DNA of 63,718 nucleotides, filler included, from Folioceros fuciformis (GCA_049999805.1; 29 parts of 29 records of this genome joined end to end with filler, not necessarily neighbours in it), one strand, 5' to 3'; numbered from the whole stretch's first letter, positions 46,462 to 59,454 are shown. Notes: generated by a model not told the origin, from the sequence alone. A program made the numbers and translations.

Positions 46462-46902
46462 GGCCTCCTTCTTGCTATCCTCGGGAAGCTTGATGTCAAG
46501 CGTGGAAACATTCTCCTCAAAATTGTGCACCTTAGTTGTTCCTGGAATGGGCACCACATCATCTCCCTTGTGATGGACCCACGCAAGCGCCAGCTTGCCG
46601 AGTGTCTTCCCCCTCCTCCACCAGCTTCTTCATCTCCCCTACCATGGCTTCGATGAGCACAATGAAGTCGACGCGGTGCTGATAGTAGGAATCGACGTAT
46701 TCAACACCCAGCCGCTCCAAACTCACCTCCAGCGCCGCCCGTGCATACTCCAGCTCCCCGTGTATTCCACAATTCTGCGCGGCAGGATCCTGAGTGATGC
46801 CGAACTTGGTAGCCAGCTGCACCCTGTCCCGGATGCCCTTCATGGCCTTGCCAACCAGCCCCCGTTGGTGTGCGGCCCATAGACGTCGGGCGTGTCCAGG
46901 AA
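46462..46902 (-). pseudogene. Intronless, internally deleted aldo-keto reductase fragment embedded in the GC-rich repeat element
   Basis: FLDTPDVYGPHTN..GKAMKGIRDRVQLATKFG..SLERLGVEYVDSYYQHRVD..MKKLVEEG, then LALAWVHHKGDDVVPIPGTTKVHNFEEN. Confidence 0.9.
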
Positions 46903-48043
46903 CTGACGGTCCTTGACTACCTGGGCCAGATCTGTCTGTCGCTGGTCCACCAGCCAGCCCAGCTAGCCGACCAGCCGGCCTTCTGGCGCGGAGCCGGTGC
47001 CACTGGCTAGGCCGACTCCCCCCAGCAATCTGCCATCTAACCTCCTGCTCCTGGCTCCAGTCTGCTCTGCCAACCTGCCACTACTTAGCTTGCTACTCCT
47101 ATGGGTCCCTGCCATGCCGACAGCACCTGCCTCAATCCTGCCCAAACCTTGACTAGTCTCCAGCGCTTGCCATGCCGACAGCGCCTAGGTCTGCCAGCCT
47201 GTGGCCAGACCCGATCCATCCAGCCACGAATCCCTGGATTCTGCCATGGCCCGAGGCACCCTGCCTGCTTGGGTCCCATCTGTCTGCCCATCGGTATGTG
47301 CCACCAAGCCTCGATCGACTCGAAGCGCCCACCTTCACCTTCTGCTGCGGATCCAGCTCGGCCGGCCACAGCCCACCTGATTCAACTCGGCCAGCTAGAT
47401 CGACCAGCCAATCTGCCTCCTTGTTGTGGATGCGCCACCAAGGCCAGCTGCCTGGCTCTAGTCGTGGGCAACCGTTCTTCTGCTTGCCGGGTTTCGTAAG
47501 CCTCTCCGTGTCGCAAGACAGCGCCTTACTCCCTGCCGGGTTGGCCTGGCCATGATCCAGCCACCTTGCTGGCCCCGCCAACCTCTTGCTGATTAGTCCA
47601 GGTGCCTGCAAGCCGGCCTGCCTTGCATCCTGATTCTGGACTGCCACAGCCCCGAAGTTGATCCTGACGCACCGGTCCTGCAACCAACCTGATCCACTCC
47701 GGCCAGGCTTCGGTGCTGCCTCTGGCCTGGTTTGCCCATCGGTATGTGCCACCAGGCCCCGTCTGTCAGCTGCCTGCCAAGCCGGTTAGGTAGCTAGCCA
47801 CCAACCTGCCCGGCCTGCTTCTGGCTCCGACCTCGCTGCTCTGCTCCCAACTGTGACCAGCCAAGCCGCCCGATCAGCCCGTCCTAGCTTGGCATTGGCG
47901 GCCGAATCCGTTTGTCACCTGGCCCGCCAGCCAACTCGGCCAGNNNNNNNNNNNNNNNNNNNNNNNNNNNNNNNNNNNNNNNNNNNNTTAATTAATTAAN
48001 NNNNNNNNNNNNNNNNNNNNNNNNNNNNNNNNNNNNNNNNNNN

Positions 48044-48776
48044 AAGCCGCGTGTTGCCGGCTGTACAGTGTCTGGTAGGATCGCAGGCAGCGCGTTGCCG
48101 GCTGTACAGTGTCTGGTAGGATAGCGGGCAACGTGTTGCCGGTTGTATAGTGTCTGGTAGGATCACAAGGTGTAATGACCAGGGTGAAGGGGCTTGCCCC
48201 TAGCTCTTGATTGTAAAGGATGGGTCTTTCTCTCGACCTGTCCACTCTTGTTCCTTGCTTGGACAAGTGCTGTAGGCCGGCCATGTCTCCTGGTGTCTAG
48301 TAAGGTTGTGGGGGGGAGATATCCAAGAGGGGAGTGTGTTCCCTTCTTTCTTTTCTTTGGGGTTAGTCTAGTGACTCTTGCCGGGTAAGAGGAGTCAGTA
48401 GGGAAGTGTAGAAGGTAGTGGTGTCATTGTTAGTTGCTGGTGTTGGTGCTGGAGTGAGCGAGTGAGTGAAGTGAGTGAGGGAAGTTGCAGATCTAAGAGG
48501 TTAGGGTCGTTGTAGAGACTGGAGTGAGTTTGTGGGCACCGAGAGAGGTGCATCTGACCGCCGGACAGCGAGGCCTGTCCTACGCCTGATCGGAGCTGGA
48601 GGGGAGCCCTCGAATCCATCATCGAGTCGATCCAGTCCGACCCTCCATCCACAGCAGCAAGGAACCCCATCGCTCCTTCGTGAGAACGAAACCCAATGTC
48701 TCAACGACAGTGGGATAAGTGTGGCCACTAAAGGTGGAACCCGTCGGCAATCAGTGCCCGGGGTTTTGCCTCCACA
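48044..48776 (+). mobile_element. Family C terminus
   Basis: ...TTTTGCCTCCACA at 48776. Confidence 0.85.
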
Positions 48777-49144
48777 CCAGCTAGCAGTCCCGTTGAGGGA
48801 GGTCACGAACGAACTCACGTATGAACTAATGATGTTAGGGAGAGCGACCTAAATCATTGCTGAATAGTTGGTTCAGCGAGACAGGTTAGGACCGTAAGCC
48901 GCTGCGCTGTGGTACACTAGGGATAACTCTTCCTGCCCGGCTATTCTTTCCACCTCTCACCGCCATCTTGCCTTTTGCTTCCTTGTTGTCCTACATGCAA
49001 CTCCAACACCCACCTCCTAGTGTTGAACATTCCTGGCCTGGTTTTCATCTCCCCTAACCTCTTAGCGCTCCGCTTTCCCTACATCCTCCTTCATTCCTTC
49101 GCTCTTCTTTGGCTTGTTTCCCCCCTCGGCTTTGGTTTGTGTAG

Positions 49145-49715
49145 ATGGCACCAGAATAGCTCCTTGAAGCGAGAAACCATGGAGGCTTGTCAAAGACAAC
49201 ATCCAAACTTGTGCATATCCGAGCTTCACTCTATGGTTGCAAGTAGCAAGAGACTTGGTAAAGAAATGGGAACTTGAATTTGTTCCGTTTCCCGTGGAAT
49301 ATCCAATCCACCCTTGCGATTCAGGAGTTTTCTAGGACCCTCTAACAATGTGCAAAGGGAAAATCAGAATCCTCCAAGGTGCAAGATAACCCACTTCTCT
49401 GGACTATCTAAATGATGCGAGAAGTCTACAAACAGCTTGCCATAAAGAAAGGGGGTCTCTACCTCAATTCCCATTGGAGCAAGGCAATACTAAGAAGCAA
49501 CCAAGGTGCTATTGTCGAATGGAGCCTTCAAGAATAGCAATGGATGGCTAACCCATAACATTGAGGACCTACGGATTAGGGAAGTGGCTAGGCTCATCAT
49601 CAACTGGTTGTTGGTGATGAAGATGGACCACGTAGCCGACAAAGTCCTAAAGCTCCTGTATGGCTTGGCACAGGGCTATCTAATGGACTTTGGGGAAAGT
49701 GGTAGCCCATTGTGA
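49145..49715 (+). pseudogene. Accessory ORF remnant, unit 1
   Basis: KWELEF..PLLWTI*MMREVY..GGLYLNS..KNSNGWLTHNIEDLRIREVARLIINWLL..MDFG. Confidence 0.65.
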
Positions 49716-50156
49716 GCCCCAAAAATATATCGGAGCTCTACTCTGATATTACACCGGAGTCATTTTCTGGAGTTCGACCAAATTAGCACGGACCAGGGTA
49801 AAGTAGCAGTGAAACCATGTCTTTGGAGTAACCACCATGCTAGAGTTCGCTTCGCCGAATCAGCCGTTGGACTAACTGTCAGGATAGTTCGATCAAGAAC
49901 AAGTACTCTGACACCATGCATATGGTGGGATGTAACCACCACGAACGTCTGTAGGCGTACCAAAGTTGGAGCGTAAGTGCTTACTCTTGCTTACACTAGC
50001 CGATACGCTCCATCTCCCTTGACCTCCCTCCTGCCTCTCACTCCTCACTCTCTTTTCACTCCGCCACTTCGACTCTCCGCGCTCCTCTTTGTTGTGCACC
50101 TACCCTCTGCCACAGTGACCTTCGTCTTCACTAGCATCGCCGCCCCAGCCATCAGC

Positions 50157-50883
50157 ATGTCGTGGGGACAATTCTTGGAGATTGGCAACCCCTGGAAGAT
50201 GAACGCCGAACACATCTAGACCAGGTCCTATCCCAATTTGGCACCCTGGGTCTCAGCAGCCGACGACTTGATGGAGCAGTGGGAGCTCAGCATCTTCCAA
50301 TTCCCTTGGGGTATCAACTCTCCTGCCACAGTTAGAGAGTTTGCCAAGACCTTGCTGTCCTGCGCGCATGGGAAAGCTGCCTTGGCCAGAGTTCGAGACA
50401 ACCCCATGCTTTGGACAGTCTAGATGATGAGGGAGGTATTTCGGCGACCGTCGGAGGGGTGGGGAGGTCTCTACTTCAACTCGCAACGCAGCAAGGACAA
50501 GGTCAAGGAGGCTACGACAGCACTCCTGCAGTTGGACTCTGTGAAGACCACCAACTGGTGGTTAATCCATGACATCCTGGACCCAAGAATCCGAGGAGTA
50601 GCCAGGCTCATCATCAATTGGCTACTCATGACCAAGACGGATCACATCGCGGACGGGATTCTCCTCCTCCTCTATGGGCTCCCATAGGGCAACCTTGTGG
50701 ATTGGGGGAAGGTAGTGGGACATCGGCTCTAATCCAAGGTTAGAAAACTTTGGCAAGAGAAGCCACCCACCTTGGGTCTCTCCCCCTTCCTTTTCCATAT
50801 TTGGGATTACTTTGGAGTCCTGACCACCTCCAAAAAGGCAGCTTTGGCTCGCCTCCCCCTTGCTCCTGTATCTCCAGCCCCCA
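50157..50883 (+). pseudogene. Accessory ORF remnant, unit 2 (paralogous to unit 1)
   Basis: QWELSIF..PMLWTV*MMREVF..GGLYFNS..WLIHDILDPRIRGVARLIINWLL..VDWG..LSPFLFHIW. Confidence 0.68.
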
Positions 50884-50983
50884 NNNNNNNNNNNNNNNNN
50901 NNNNNNNNNNNNNNNNNNNNNNNNNNNTTAATTAATTAANNNNNNNNNNNNNNNNNNNNNNNNNNNNNNNNNNNNNNNNNNNN

Positions 50984-51471
50984 GTGAAGTGCTGAAGTGA
51001 AGGACTGAAGTGCTGAAGTGAAGGACTAAAATACTGGAGTGAAGTGCTGAAGTGGTGGAATGAAGTGTTGAAGCTGGAGTGAGGAGCTAGCTGAAGTTGA
51101 GGTTCTCGTTCAGCTGCGGAGGTAGCTAGCACTAGGTGCTGAGAGTTGGAGGCCAGACTTGGGGCATGAGCCTCCTCTCAGCACTGAAGTGATTGATACT
51201 TGGAGTTGGAAACGAGGGCTGCAGACAATGCTGGAGTTCTCATTTTGTTGAGGCTGGGGTTGGTGTTGTGGTAGGAGCCGAAGACAGGACCGAGAATTTT
51301 GATCTATTGCTATAGCACTTGGTATATGCTAATAGATAGGGTGAGATTAGGGAGATGTAGGTAACCTTGACATTAGTTCACTCCCTTGGGAGCGAATCAT
51401 AAGACTGCAACGATAATAAGGGGAAGTGTGGCCCCTTGGTGGTTCTTGGGTGTGCAAGAAATCACTCCACA
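50984..51471 (+). mobile_element. Family E terminus inserted into a Copia
   Basis: Near-identical to 20400-20869; ends CACTCCACA. Confidence 0.85.
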
Positions 51472-52238
51472 CACTCCCTGTTGAAAATGGTGATCCTGTT
51501 AGTGAATCATCTGACCTGGATGTTGAGGACTTTGGTGATGATGCACAGTCTCTCGTTTCAGTATAAAATGACGATGTCCTTGATCTTCCTAACCCTACTA
51601 ATGAAGAGCTTGTAGCACCTGTGGACGTGGACCCAGATCCTCCTCCAGTTATTCCCTCTTGTTATCCCACTAGAGACAGACGTCCAAGGGAAGAGTGGAG
51701 TGAACCCCCATACAATTCAGTTGATTTCAGGAGACATGCTGCAAACATAACTGACTTGCATGTTCTAGAGATCAGACCTGATCCACAGAGTTACACTGAA
51801 GCCCTGAATGGACCAGATGGTGAACACTGGCGGGTCTCCATCAATGACGAATATAATTCGCTGGTCAAAAACCACACTTGGGAGCTTGCAGATCTTCCTC
51901 CTGGAAGAAAGCCTATAACCTGTAAATGGGTTTTTAAAACCAAGTTGAAATGAGATGGCACCATTGCTCGTTACAAGTCCAGACTTGTTGCAAGAGGGTT
52001 TTCACAAATACCTGGGATAGACTATGGAGATACTTTCTCCCCTGTGGTCAAGCCTCCTTCAGTTCGAATCTTACTTGCTATGGCAGCTAAGTTTGATTTA
52101 GAATTGCACCAGATGGACGTTTGTATAGCGCTCCTTCATGGTGAGCTCGAAGAGATATTGTTCATGGAACATCCTAAGGGGTTTGTTGATAAGGAATGGC
52201 TGAAGAAAGTGTGTAAGCTCTTGAAGACCCTGTATGGA
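51472..52238 (+). mobile_element. Ty1/Copia RT fragment
   Basis: DPQSYTEAL, KNHTWEL, CKWVFK, YKSRLVARGF, QMDV, KTLYG; truncated by a family C insertion. Confidence 0.93.
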
Positions 52239-52379
52239 TGTGGAGGCAAAACCCCGGGCACTGATTGCCGACGGGTTCCACCTTTAGTGGCCACACTTAT
52301 CCCACTGTCGTTGAGACATTGGGTTTCGTTCCCACGAAGGAGCGATGGGGTTCCTTGCTGCTGTGGATGGAGGGTCGGA
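52239..52379 (-). mobile_element. Family C terminus
   Basis: TGTGGAGGCAAAACC at 52239. Confidence 0.85.
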
Positions 52380-52479
52380 NNNNNNNNNNNNNNNNNNNNN
52401 NNNNNNNNNNNNNNNNNNNNNNNTTAATTAATTAANNNNNNNNNNNNNNNNNNNNNNNNNNNNNNNNNNNNNNNNNNNN

Positions 52480-52632
52480 GAGGGGAACGGGGCAAGAAAT
52501 CAGCGGGAAGGAGAAGAAGGCAGGCCTGGCCCTACATCGGCCGAATCCTACAGCTCGTCTCAGCCTCCTCTCCTGCACACATTCGATCCCATCACCCGTC
52601 GATCCCTCCTCCTGCCTACAATCTAGATCCAA
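52480..52632 (-). mobile_element. Family A internal fragment
   Basis: Matches about 57524-57677. Confidence 0.8.
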
Positions 52633-52639
52633 ACGAAGT

Positions 52640-54860
52640 ATAGGAAACAAACGAAGTCACCACATGGAGCAAGAGGTAAACACAAAAGTAAACCTCTTGA
52701 GTTGGTTCACAGTGATGTTTGTGGACCTATGACCACTGTATCGTTAGGCGGTGCATCTTATTTTGTCACTTTCATTGATGACTTCTCACGCAAGGTGTGG
52801 GTTTATCCTTTGAGGAAAAAGGATGATGTTCTGACAATGTTTCAGAAATTCGTCACCCTTGTGGAGAATCAGTCTAGCCTCCGGCTGAAGTGTCTGAGAA
52901 TAGACAATGGGGGAGAGTATGTCTCGAAGGCATTCCAGTCATTTTGTGATTCCAAGGGAATCAAGAGAGAATTGGCTGCGCCGTATACTCCCCCCTCGAA
53001 TGGTGTGGCCGAACGGATGAACAAGACCATCCAAGAGAGGATGCGTAGTTTGTTATCAAACACTGGATTGCCTAACGGATTTTGGGGAGAAGCAGTGGTT
53101 ACTGCAGTGCATCTTATTAACAGATCTCCTAATAGGGCTGTGGATGAGCAGGTTCCAGAGGAGATGTGGTCTGGAAAGAAGCCGTCATACACGCATCTAC
53201 GAGTGTTTTGGCTCCGAGGCATATTACCATGTTCTGAAGGAGTTTCGGGACAAGCTGGCTCCTAAGTCAAGAAAATGTATTTTTCTTGGCTATGGTGAAT
53301 CTGGTGAGATGGGATACCGTCTATGGGATCCAGAGGCCAAGAGGATGGTTCACAACAATGACGTGTTCGTCAATGAGACCAAGATGCACAAGAAGCCTAC
53401 TCCAACTGTCAAGGTGCGATGGGTGGTCTTTCAAGAAGATGGATTTGACCGTCTCGCACAGGTTGAACGTCATGATGTGCAGGAACAAGTTCCTCCACTT
53501 GTACAAGAGGAGAGAGTACAACCAGCTCCGGTCGAGGCACCAGTGCTTCGTAGGTCAGGAAGGATTTCACGTCCTCCTGACAGGTATGTTGCATCTCTTG
53601 ATTATGTCATGCTAACGGATTGTGGGGAGCCCTCTTGTTGTCAAGAGGCCATGTCAGTGACTGACAAGGACAAGTGGAAGAAGGCGATGCAGTCGCAAAT
53701 GGACTCGCTCCATAAGAACCAAACTTGGGAGTTGGTTCGGTTGCCTAGGGGCAAGAAGGCGTTGCCATGCAAATGGGTGTATAAGATGAAGGACATACCC
53801 CATTATGGCAAACCCAAGTACAAGGGACGATTGGTTGCGAAGGGTTTTAAGCAACAACAAGGTATTGACTTTGATGAAATTTTCTCATCGGTCGTCAAAA
53901 TGACCACCTTGCGATGTGTTCTTGGTCTGGTTGCAAGGCATGACATGGAACTTGTCCAGATGGATGTGAAGTTGGTATTTCTGCATGGTGATCTCTAGGA
54001 AGAGGTATACATGCAACAACTAGAGGGTTTCATTGAGAAGGGCAAAGAGAGTCTCGTGTGCAGGTTAAAGAAGAGCCTTTATGGTTTGAAGCAGGCACCC
54101 AAGGAGTGGTATTTCAAGTTCCACTCATTTATGCTTTCTCAAGGCTACAAACGTAGCGATGAGGATCATTGCCTCTATACAAAGCAAGCTAAGGATGGAA
54201 GCTTGCTGATTTTGGTCCTCTATGTGGATGATATGCTAATTGCTGGGACTAATAGTGATGAGATTTCAGCATTGAAGTCAAAGTTGAATCGTCGTTTTGA
54301 CATTACAGACTTGGGAGAGGCAAGCCATATTCTTGACATGTGTATTCATCGAGACAGACAGAAGCATTTGCTTTACTTGTCTCAGACTGAATACATTATC
54401 AAGGTGCTTCAACGTTTCAATATGGAGAAGGGGAAGGTATTGAGTATTCCGTTGCCTCCATATGTGAAACTGTCGAGCAAAGATTGCCCAAGCTCTGTGG
54501 AGAACAAAGCTGAAATGGAGAAGGTTCCATACTCATCAGATGTAGGGAGTTTGATGTATGCAATGATTGCTACACCTCTTGACATTGCCTTTGCAGTGGA
54601 AGTGGTTAGCAGGTTTATGTCAAACCCTGGCAAGAAGCATTGGGAGGCAGTGAAAGGAGTTATGAGGTACTTGAATGGTACGAAAGCTTTGTGCTTATGT
54701 TTTGGTAGTGAAGATGCATCTGTAGTGGGACATACGAATGCTGATTATGCAGGGGATATGGACAAAAGGAGGTCCACATTAGGTTATGTCTTCATGTGCA
54801 CTGGAGGAGGAGTCTCATGGCGATCTTGTTTGCAATCGTGCATAATGCTATCTACCACTG
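52640..54860 (+). mobile_element. Ty1/Copia (Tnt1-like) integrase-RT-RNase H, frameshifted with stops
   Basis: VHSDVCGP, FIDDFSR, LRIDNGGEY, NGVAERMN, CIFLGY, CKWVYK, LYVDDMLI, ADYAGDMDKRRST. Confidence 0.96.
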
Positions 54861-55094
54861 TGCACTAGGTGGTGGCGGAACCAGGGCGACCCAACAGTAT
54901 AAAACCCTAAGTTAAGTTAAAAGGGTCCAAAGGCGATTTCGAAAGGGAGCGCAACTGAGGAGTCGGGGAGCGGAAGTGGTGGACGAGACGTGAGNNNNNN
55001 NNNNNNNNNNNNNNNNNNNNNNNNNNNNNNNNNNNNNNTTAATTAATTAANNNNNNNNNNNNNNNNNNNNNNNNNNNNNNNNNNNNNNNNNNNN

Positions 55095-55389
55095 AAGACG
55101 CAGATCTGAGAGGTTAGAGTCGTTGTAGTGACTGGAGTGAGTTTGTGGGCACCGAGAGAGGTGCAGCTGACCGCCGGACAGCGAGGCCTGTCCTACGCCT
55201 GATCGGAGCTGGAGGGGAGCCCTCGAATCCATCATCGAGTTGATCAAGTCCGACCCTCCATCCACAGCAGCAAGGAACCCCATCGCTCCTTCGTGGGAAC
55301 GAAACCCAATGTCTCAACGACAGTGGGATAAGTGTGGCCACTAAAGGTGGAATCCGTCGGCAATCAATGCCCGGGGTTTTGCCTCCACA
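55095..55389 (+). mobile_element. Family C terminus
   Basis: ...TTTTGCCTCCACA at 55389. Confidence 0.85.
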
Positions 55390-55984
55390 CCATACATCAC
55401 GGCAACGGAGAGTGTGTGGTGGAAGAACTTTTGGCAGGATCAAGACAAGATTGTAGTCATTGTCAAACACAACATCCGGCTTGTGTTGCAGGAGCCATGA
55501 AAAAGGTATTCAAGAGTGGAAGTTGAAACCACGGCACAAAGTGTTGCAACCCTCGATGTCACTCTAATGGATGAAGCATTGTTGCGGGATGTCCCACCAC
55601 GAGGTATGTACATTGGAACATATCGCAATTGCTATCAACAACGGCAAACACTTACAATATGTGTACGTCCATATCTGAGGGTCCAATAAGGGCACGTACA
55701 GTAAGACCAAAGATATGCTTTGGAAAGGGTTCCCTCACCCAAGGCTAGTGTTTACGAGTTAGGTCGACAACATAAAACGTAGTTGTCATGTATGCACTGT
55801 AGTTGATAGAGGTAGTTCGTAGTAGAGGCAACCCCATTTCTAGTCGTAAAGAGAAGTCATTTCCCTTTGCCCACACGTGGCAACATTGTTTTGGTTGTGT
55901 TTAGTGGTATCCACAAGTTCACAATCCCCATGGAGTGGAGGGGGATGCCGGCTGGTCGGCACCCCCTCTAGCCCACGGGGACTA

Positions 55985-56990
55985 TGAATAGGCTTCCTTG
56001 CCAATCACCTTTGGAGGAGTTGGCCTTTTGGCCATGGCAACCTCTGCCCCAGTTGCCTTTCTCATTAGCTGTGTCCTCTCGGCCCCAATTTTAGCCTCTC
56101 GTTTTTTGCTGCAAGATTCCCCCTCTTGTTGAAGGTTTTATCTGAAGCATTGAGAAGGGTGTTTTCCCCTTTACAAGTATCTCTTAGGCAAGCGAGGGAT
56201 TCTTTACCTTTGAAGGCTCGTGAGGCTCTACCTCCTTTCAAGTTCTTTTCTACAGAAGGGTTGAGGGATCTCCAGGCCTTGCTTCTAGAAAAGCAATATA
56301 GCCGAGCAGCTAGAGCGCTTCTTTCGGACTCATCCATCCCTAGGTCTTCTTAGGCTCGTATTTGCTATTGTTTAGGTAAAGGAGTAGGCTCTTGGTTTTT
56401 GGCTCAACTTTGCACTTAGGCATTTCGAATCGCACTAGCAACTTTCACAATTGCGATGAGATTTCGCTTAGGTTTGGTCCACCCCTTAGATTTTTCTCTC
56501 TTTACATGCAGTTGTAGGGTTGACATTGTCAATATAGGGTCCCATCTATCACATTGCCTCGTTGGGGGGTACCGCATTGCCACCCATGATGCAGTGTGAG
56601 ATCCCGCTAGGGATTCGATTTGCGAGGACATCATCATCAACCCCCTTGGTTGAATGGCGGGGGGTTGTGCAAGCGCTAAATTCCATAAGTATTCTTGCCT
56701 ACAGGATGGGCATACTTTCATCCCCCTTGCTCTTAAGACTCATCGAGCTATGGGCAAGGACTTTTCAAGGTTTATCAAGGAGTGTGCCAGGTTTATCAGA
56801 GTCATAGGAATGGTGCTCCCCCCTCTTTTCTTTGTAGTGGCCTTCTTTCAACAACGCGTATCCATTGCTTTGCAAAGAGCATTGGCCAACGCGGTTTTTA
56901 AAACAACAACAAGCGCACGTTAAGTGGCTTTCTTCAGCAACATTGGTAGGTAGGCCCTTCATTATTCCACATCATGACATTTTGGGAGCA
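55985..56990 (+). mobile_element. Decayed 3' part of an RLE-type (CRE-like) non-LTR retrotransposon
   Basis: ASLPITFGGVGL (RT thumb), GSWF, MRFRLGL, C-x-C..H-x3-C knuckle, THDAV, KFHKY, FIPLALKTH, QRVSIALQRALA. Confidence 0.75.
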
Positions 56991-57408
56991 CTAGGTAGTT
57001 TTTGAGAATAATATTTGAAGGGGCTAGTACCCCTTTTGGCTCTTGCTTGAATTGTTCCTCTAATCTTTGGAGTAGAGGGGACTTTCTATCTCTTTTTCAA
57101 TAATAGAAAATATAGTATTTTATGTTACAATGTGATCCTCTTTTGCTTCTACTTTTCTATTTTATGTTATAATATGAATCTTTTTGGTGTCCAATCTATA
57201 ATCATAAATTTCTAAAAATTCATTGACTTTCTTTTCTAAGCCATAATATGTCATGCATGCAAGTTCTTCTAGTGCCAAAGAGCATGTTGGGCATGGTGAT
57301 ACCCATGCNNNNNNNNNNNNNNNNNNNNNNNNNNNNNNNNNNNNNNNNNNNNTTAATTAATTAANNNNNNNNNNNNNNNNNNNNNNNNNNNNNNNNNNNN
57401 NNNNNNNN

Positions 57409-58248
57409 GGGCTAGACCAGCCCGTGGCGAGGGGAGATGGCAGCGGGATTGGAGAAAATGGGCAGGGGAGCAAGGCAAATCTAGCAACGGGGCTGTAGAT
57501 TGGGAGGAAATCGGGACAGGTCAGGAGGGGAACGGGGCAAGAAATCAACAGGAAGGAGAAGAAGGCAGGCCTGGCCCTCCATCGGCTGAATCCTGTAGCG
57601 CGCCTCAGCCTCCTCTCCTGCACACATTCGCTCCCATCACCCGTCGATCCCTCCTTCTGCCTGCAATCTAGATCCAAAGAAGAAACAGGGAGGAAAGATT
57701 GAGAAGGAAGGGAGGAAGAAGAGAAAGGGGGCTAGAAGGGAATGGAGGAGGAAGGCAGAAAGGGGGAAAAGGGATGGGGGCGGCCGCAACCCCTGCCTCT
57801 AGCTCTAGCTAGGGCATGGCCTTCACAGCCGTTCATGCCAGCCAACCAATCAGCCAGCCCATCGTCAGACCCTGACCCCTGACACTGACATACCCAGATA
57901 CCCGTTCCTATGTTCAAACCATTATTATATTATTATTATATTATTATATTATTATATAATCATTTAATATTATATATCTTTAATTAATATTAAACTAATC
58001 ACCCAACCCTATGGCCTGGTACCGAACCTAAACCTTCCCAGGTATGGGACCAAACCTATACCCACTCTTATAACCAAACCAACTATTTCCTGGTCAATTA
58101 ACCTAATTAGCACAAAGAACAATAGGAAAAATGACCAGAAAATCAAGGAAAATTAGGGAAAATAAGTTGAAAAAGAAAACCAAACCATACCACTATTAAC
58201 CCTTTTTCAACCAAAACAAACTGCTGTCCCAAACTTTGGAGGTTCACA
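57409..58248 (-). mobile_element. Family A LTR, longest copy (840 bp)
   Basis: Ends GGTTCACA at 58248. Confidence 0.87.
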
Positions 58249-58537
58249 CAAAGCCAGCAACTTGAGAAGGTCGAGGAGTCCATCAGCAAGCTCGAAGCCC
58301 AAGTGGAGGAGGGGCAGGCGCGATTGGGAAGGCAGCTGAGGGCGTGCTCCTAATGCTGGAGCAGTCATCACCCCAGGCCTCTACCACCCTCACCCTGCCA
58401 CAAGACATCCAGGCCCACAGAGTCAGCCGAGGGCACGCACCATTCGACCCCTTTGGCACCCCTGGGTGAGGCTTCAGAGGGTAGGAGGGAAGCAAGGACC
58501 ACGCCAACAATTCCCTGCGAACGTGACTTGAGCATAA

Positions 58538-58584
58538 TGTAGGGTTATTAAAGCCCAATGTGCTTAGGCTAATGTGTTTAGTCT
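58538..58584 (+). mobile_element. Family F LTR 5' end
   Basis: TGTAGGGTTATTAAAGCCCAATGTG. Confidence 0.88.
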
Positions 58585-58771
58585 NNNNNNNNNNNNNNNN
58601 NNNNNNNNNNNNNNNNNNNNNNNNNNNNTTAATTAATTAANNNNNNNNNNNNNNNNNNNNNNNNNNNNNNNNNNNNNNNNNNNNAGGTATATAACAATGT
58701 AACTTAAGAAATATTTAATAACTCTAACAGTAATAAGCAAGTTTGGACCAATTGTCCACACCAATACGTGG

Positions 58772-59280
58772 TGTGGAGGCGAAACCTCGGGCACTGATTG
58801 CTGACGGGTTCCATTTTTAGTGGCCACACTTATCCCACTGTCGTTGAGACATTGGGTTCTATTCCCACGAAGGAGCGATGGGGTTCCTTGCTGCTCTGGA
58901 TGGAGGGTTGGACTCAATCGACTCGGTGATGGATTCGAGGGCTCCCCTCCAGCTCCGATCAGGCATAGGACAGGCCTTACTGTCCAGTGGTCAGCTGCAC
59001 CTCTCTCGGTGCCCACAAACTCACTCCAGTCACTACAACGACCCTAACCTCTCAAATCTGCGACTTCCCTCAGTCACTTCACTTGCTCTCTCACTCTAGC
59101 ACCAACACCAGCAGCTAACAACGACATCACTACCTTCTACACTTCCCTATTGACTCCTCCTACCCGACAAGAGTCACTAAACTAACCCCAAAGAAAAGAA
59201 AGAAGGGAACACACTCCCCTCTTGGATATCTCCTCCCTACAACCTTACCAGACGTCATGAAACATGGCCGGCCTACAGCA
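58772..59280 (-). mobile_element. Family C terminus (more diverged copy)
   Basis: TGTGGAGGCGAAACC at 58772. Confidence 0.85.
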
Positions 59281-59454
59281 AAGTGGAAGTGTTAGAGTAA
59301 ATATCTTTTACCCTAGGTTAACTTGACTTAGGTTAGTGGTTAATTACCATAACTACAGTTAATACTTTTATTTGTATATATTTGGACCTCATTCATTATT
59401 CAAGTGCTTTTTCACCATTCTCTTTGTACACAGAATATTTCCACAGTGTATCAC

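Noticed and set aside
59290-59453. Small solo LTR (TGTTAGAG...TATCA)
   Set aside because: Plausible, but single-copy with no clear PBS, PPT or TSD to fix its ends.
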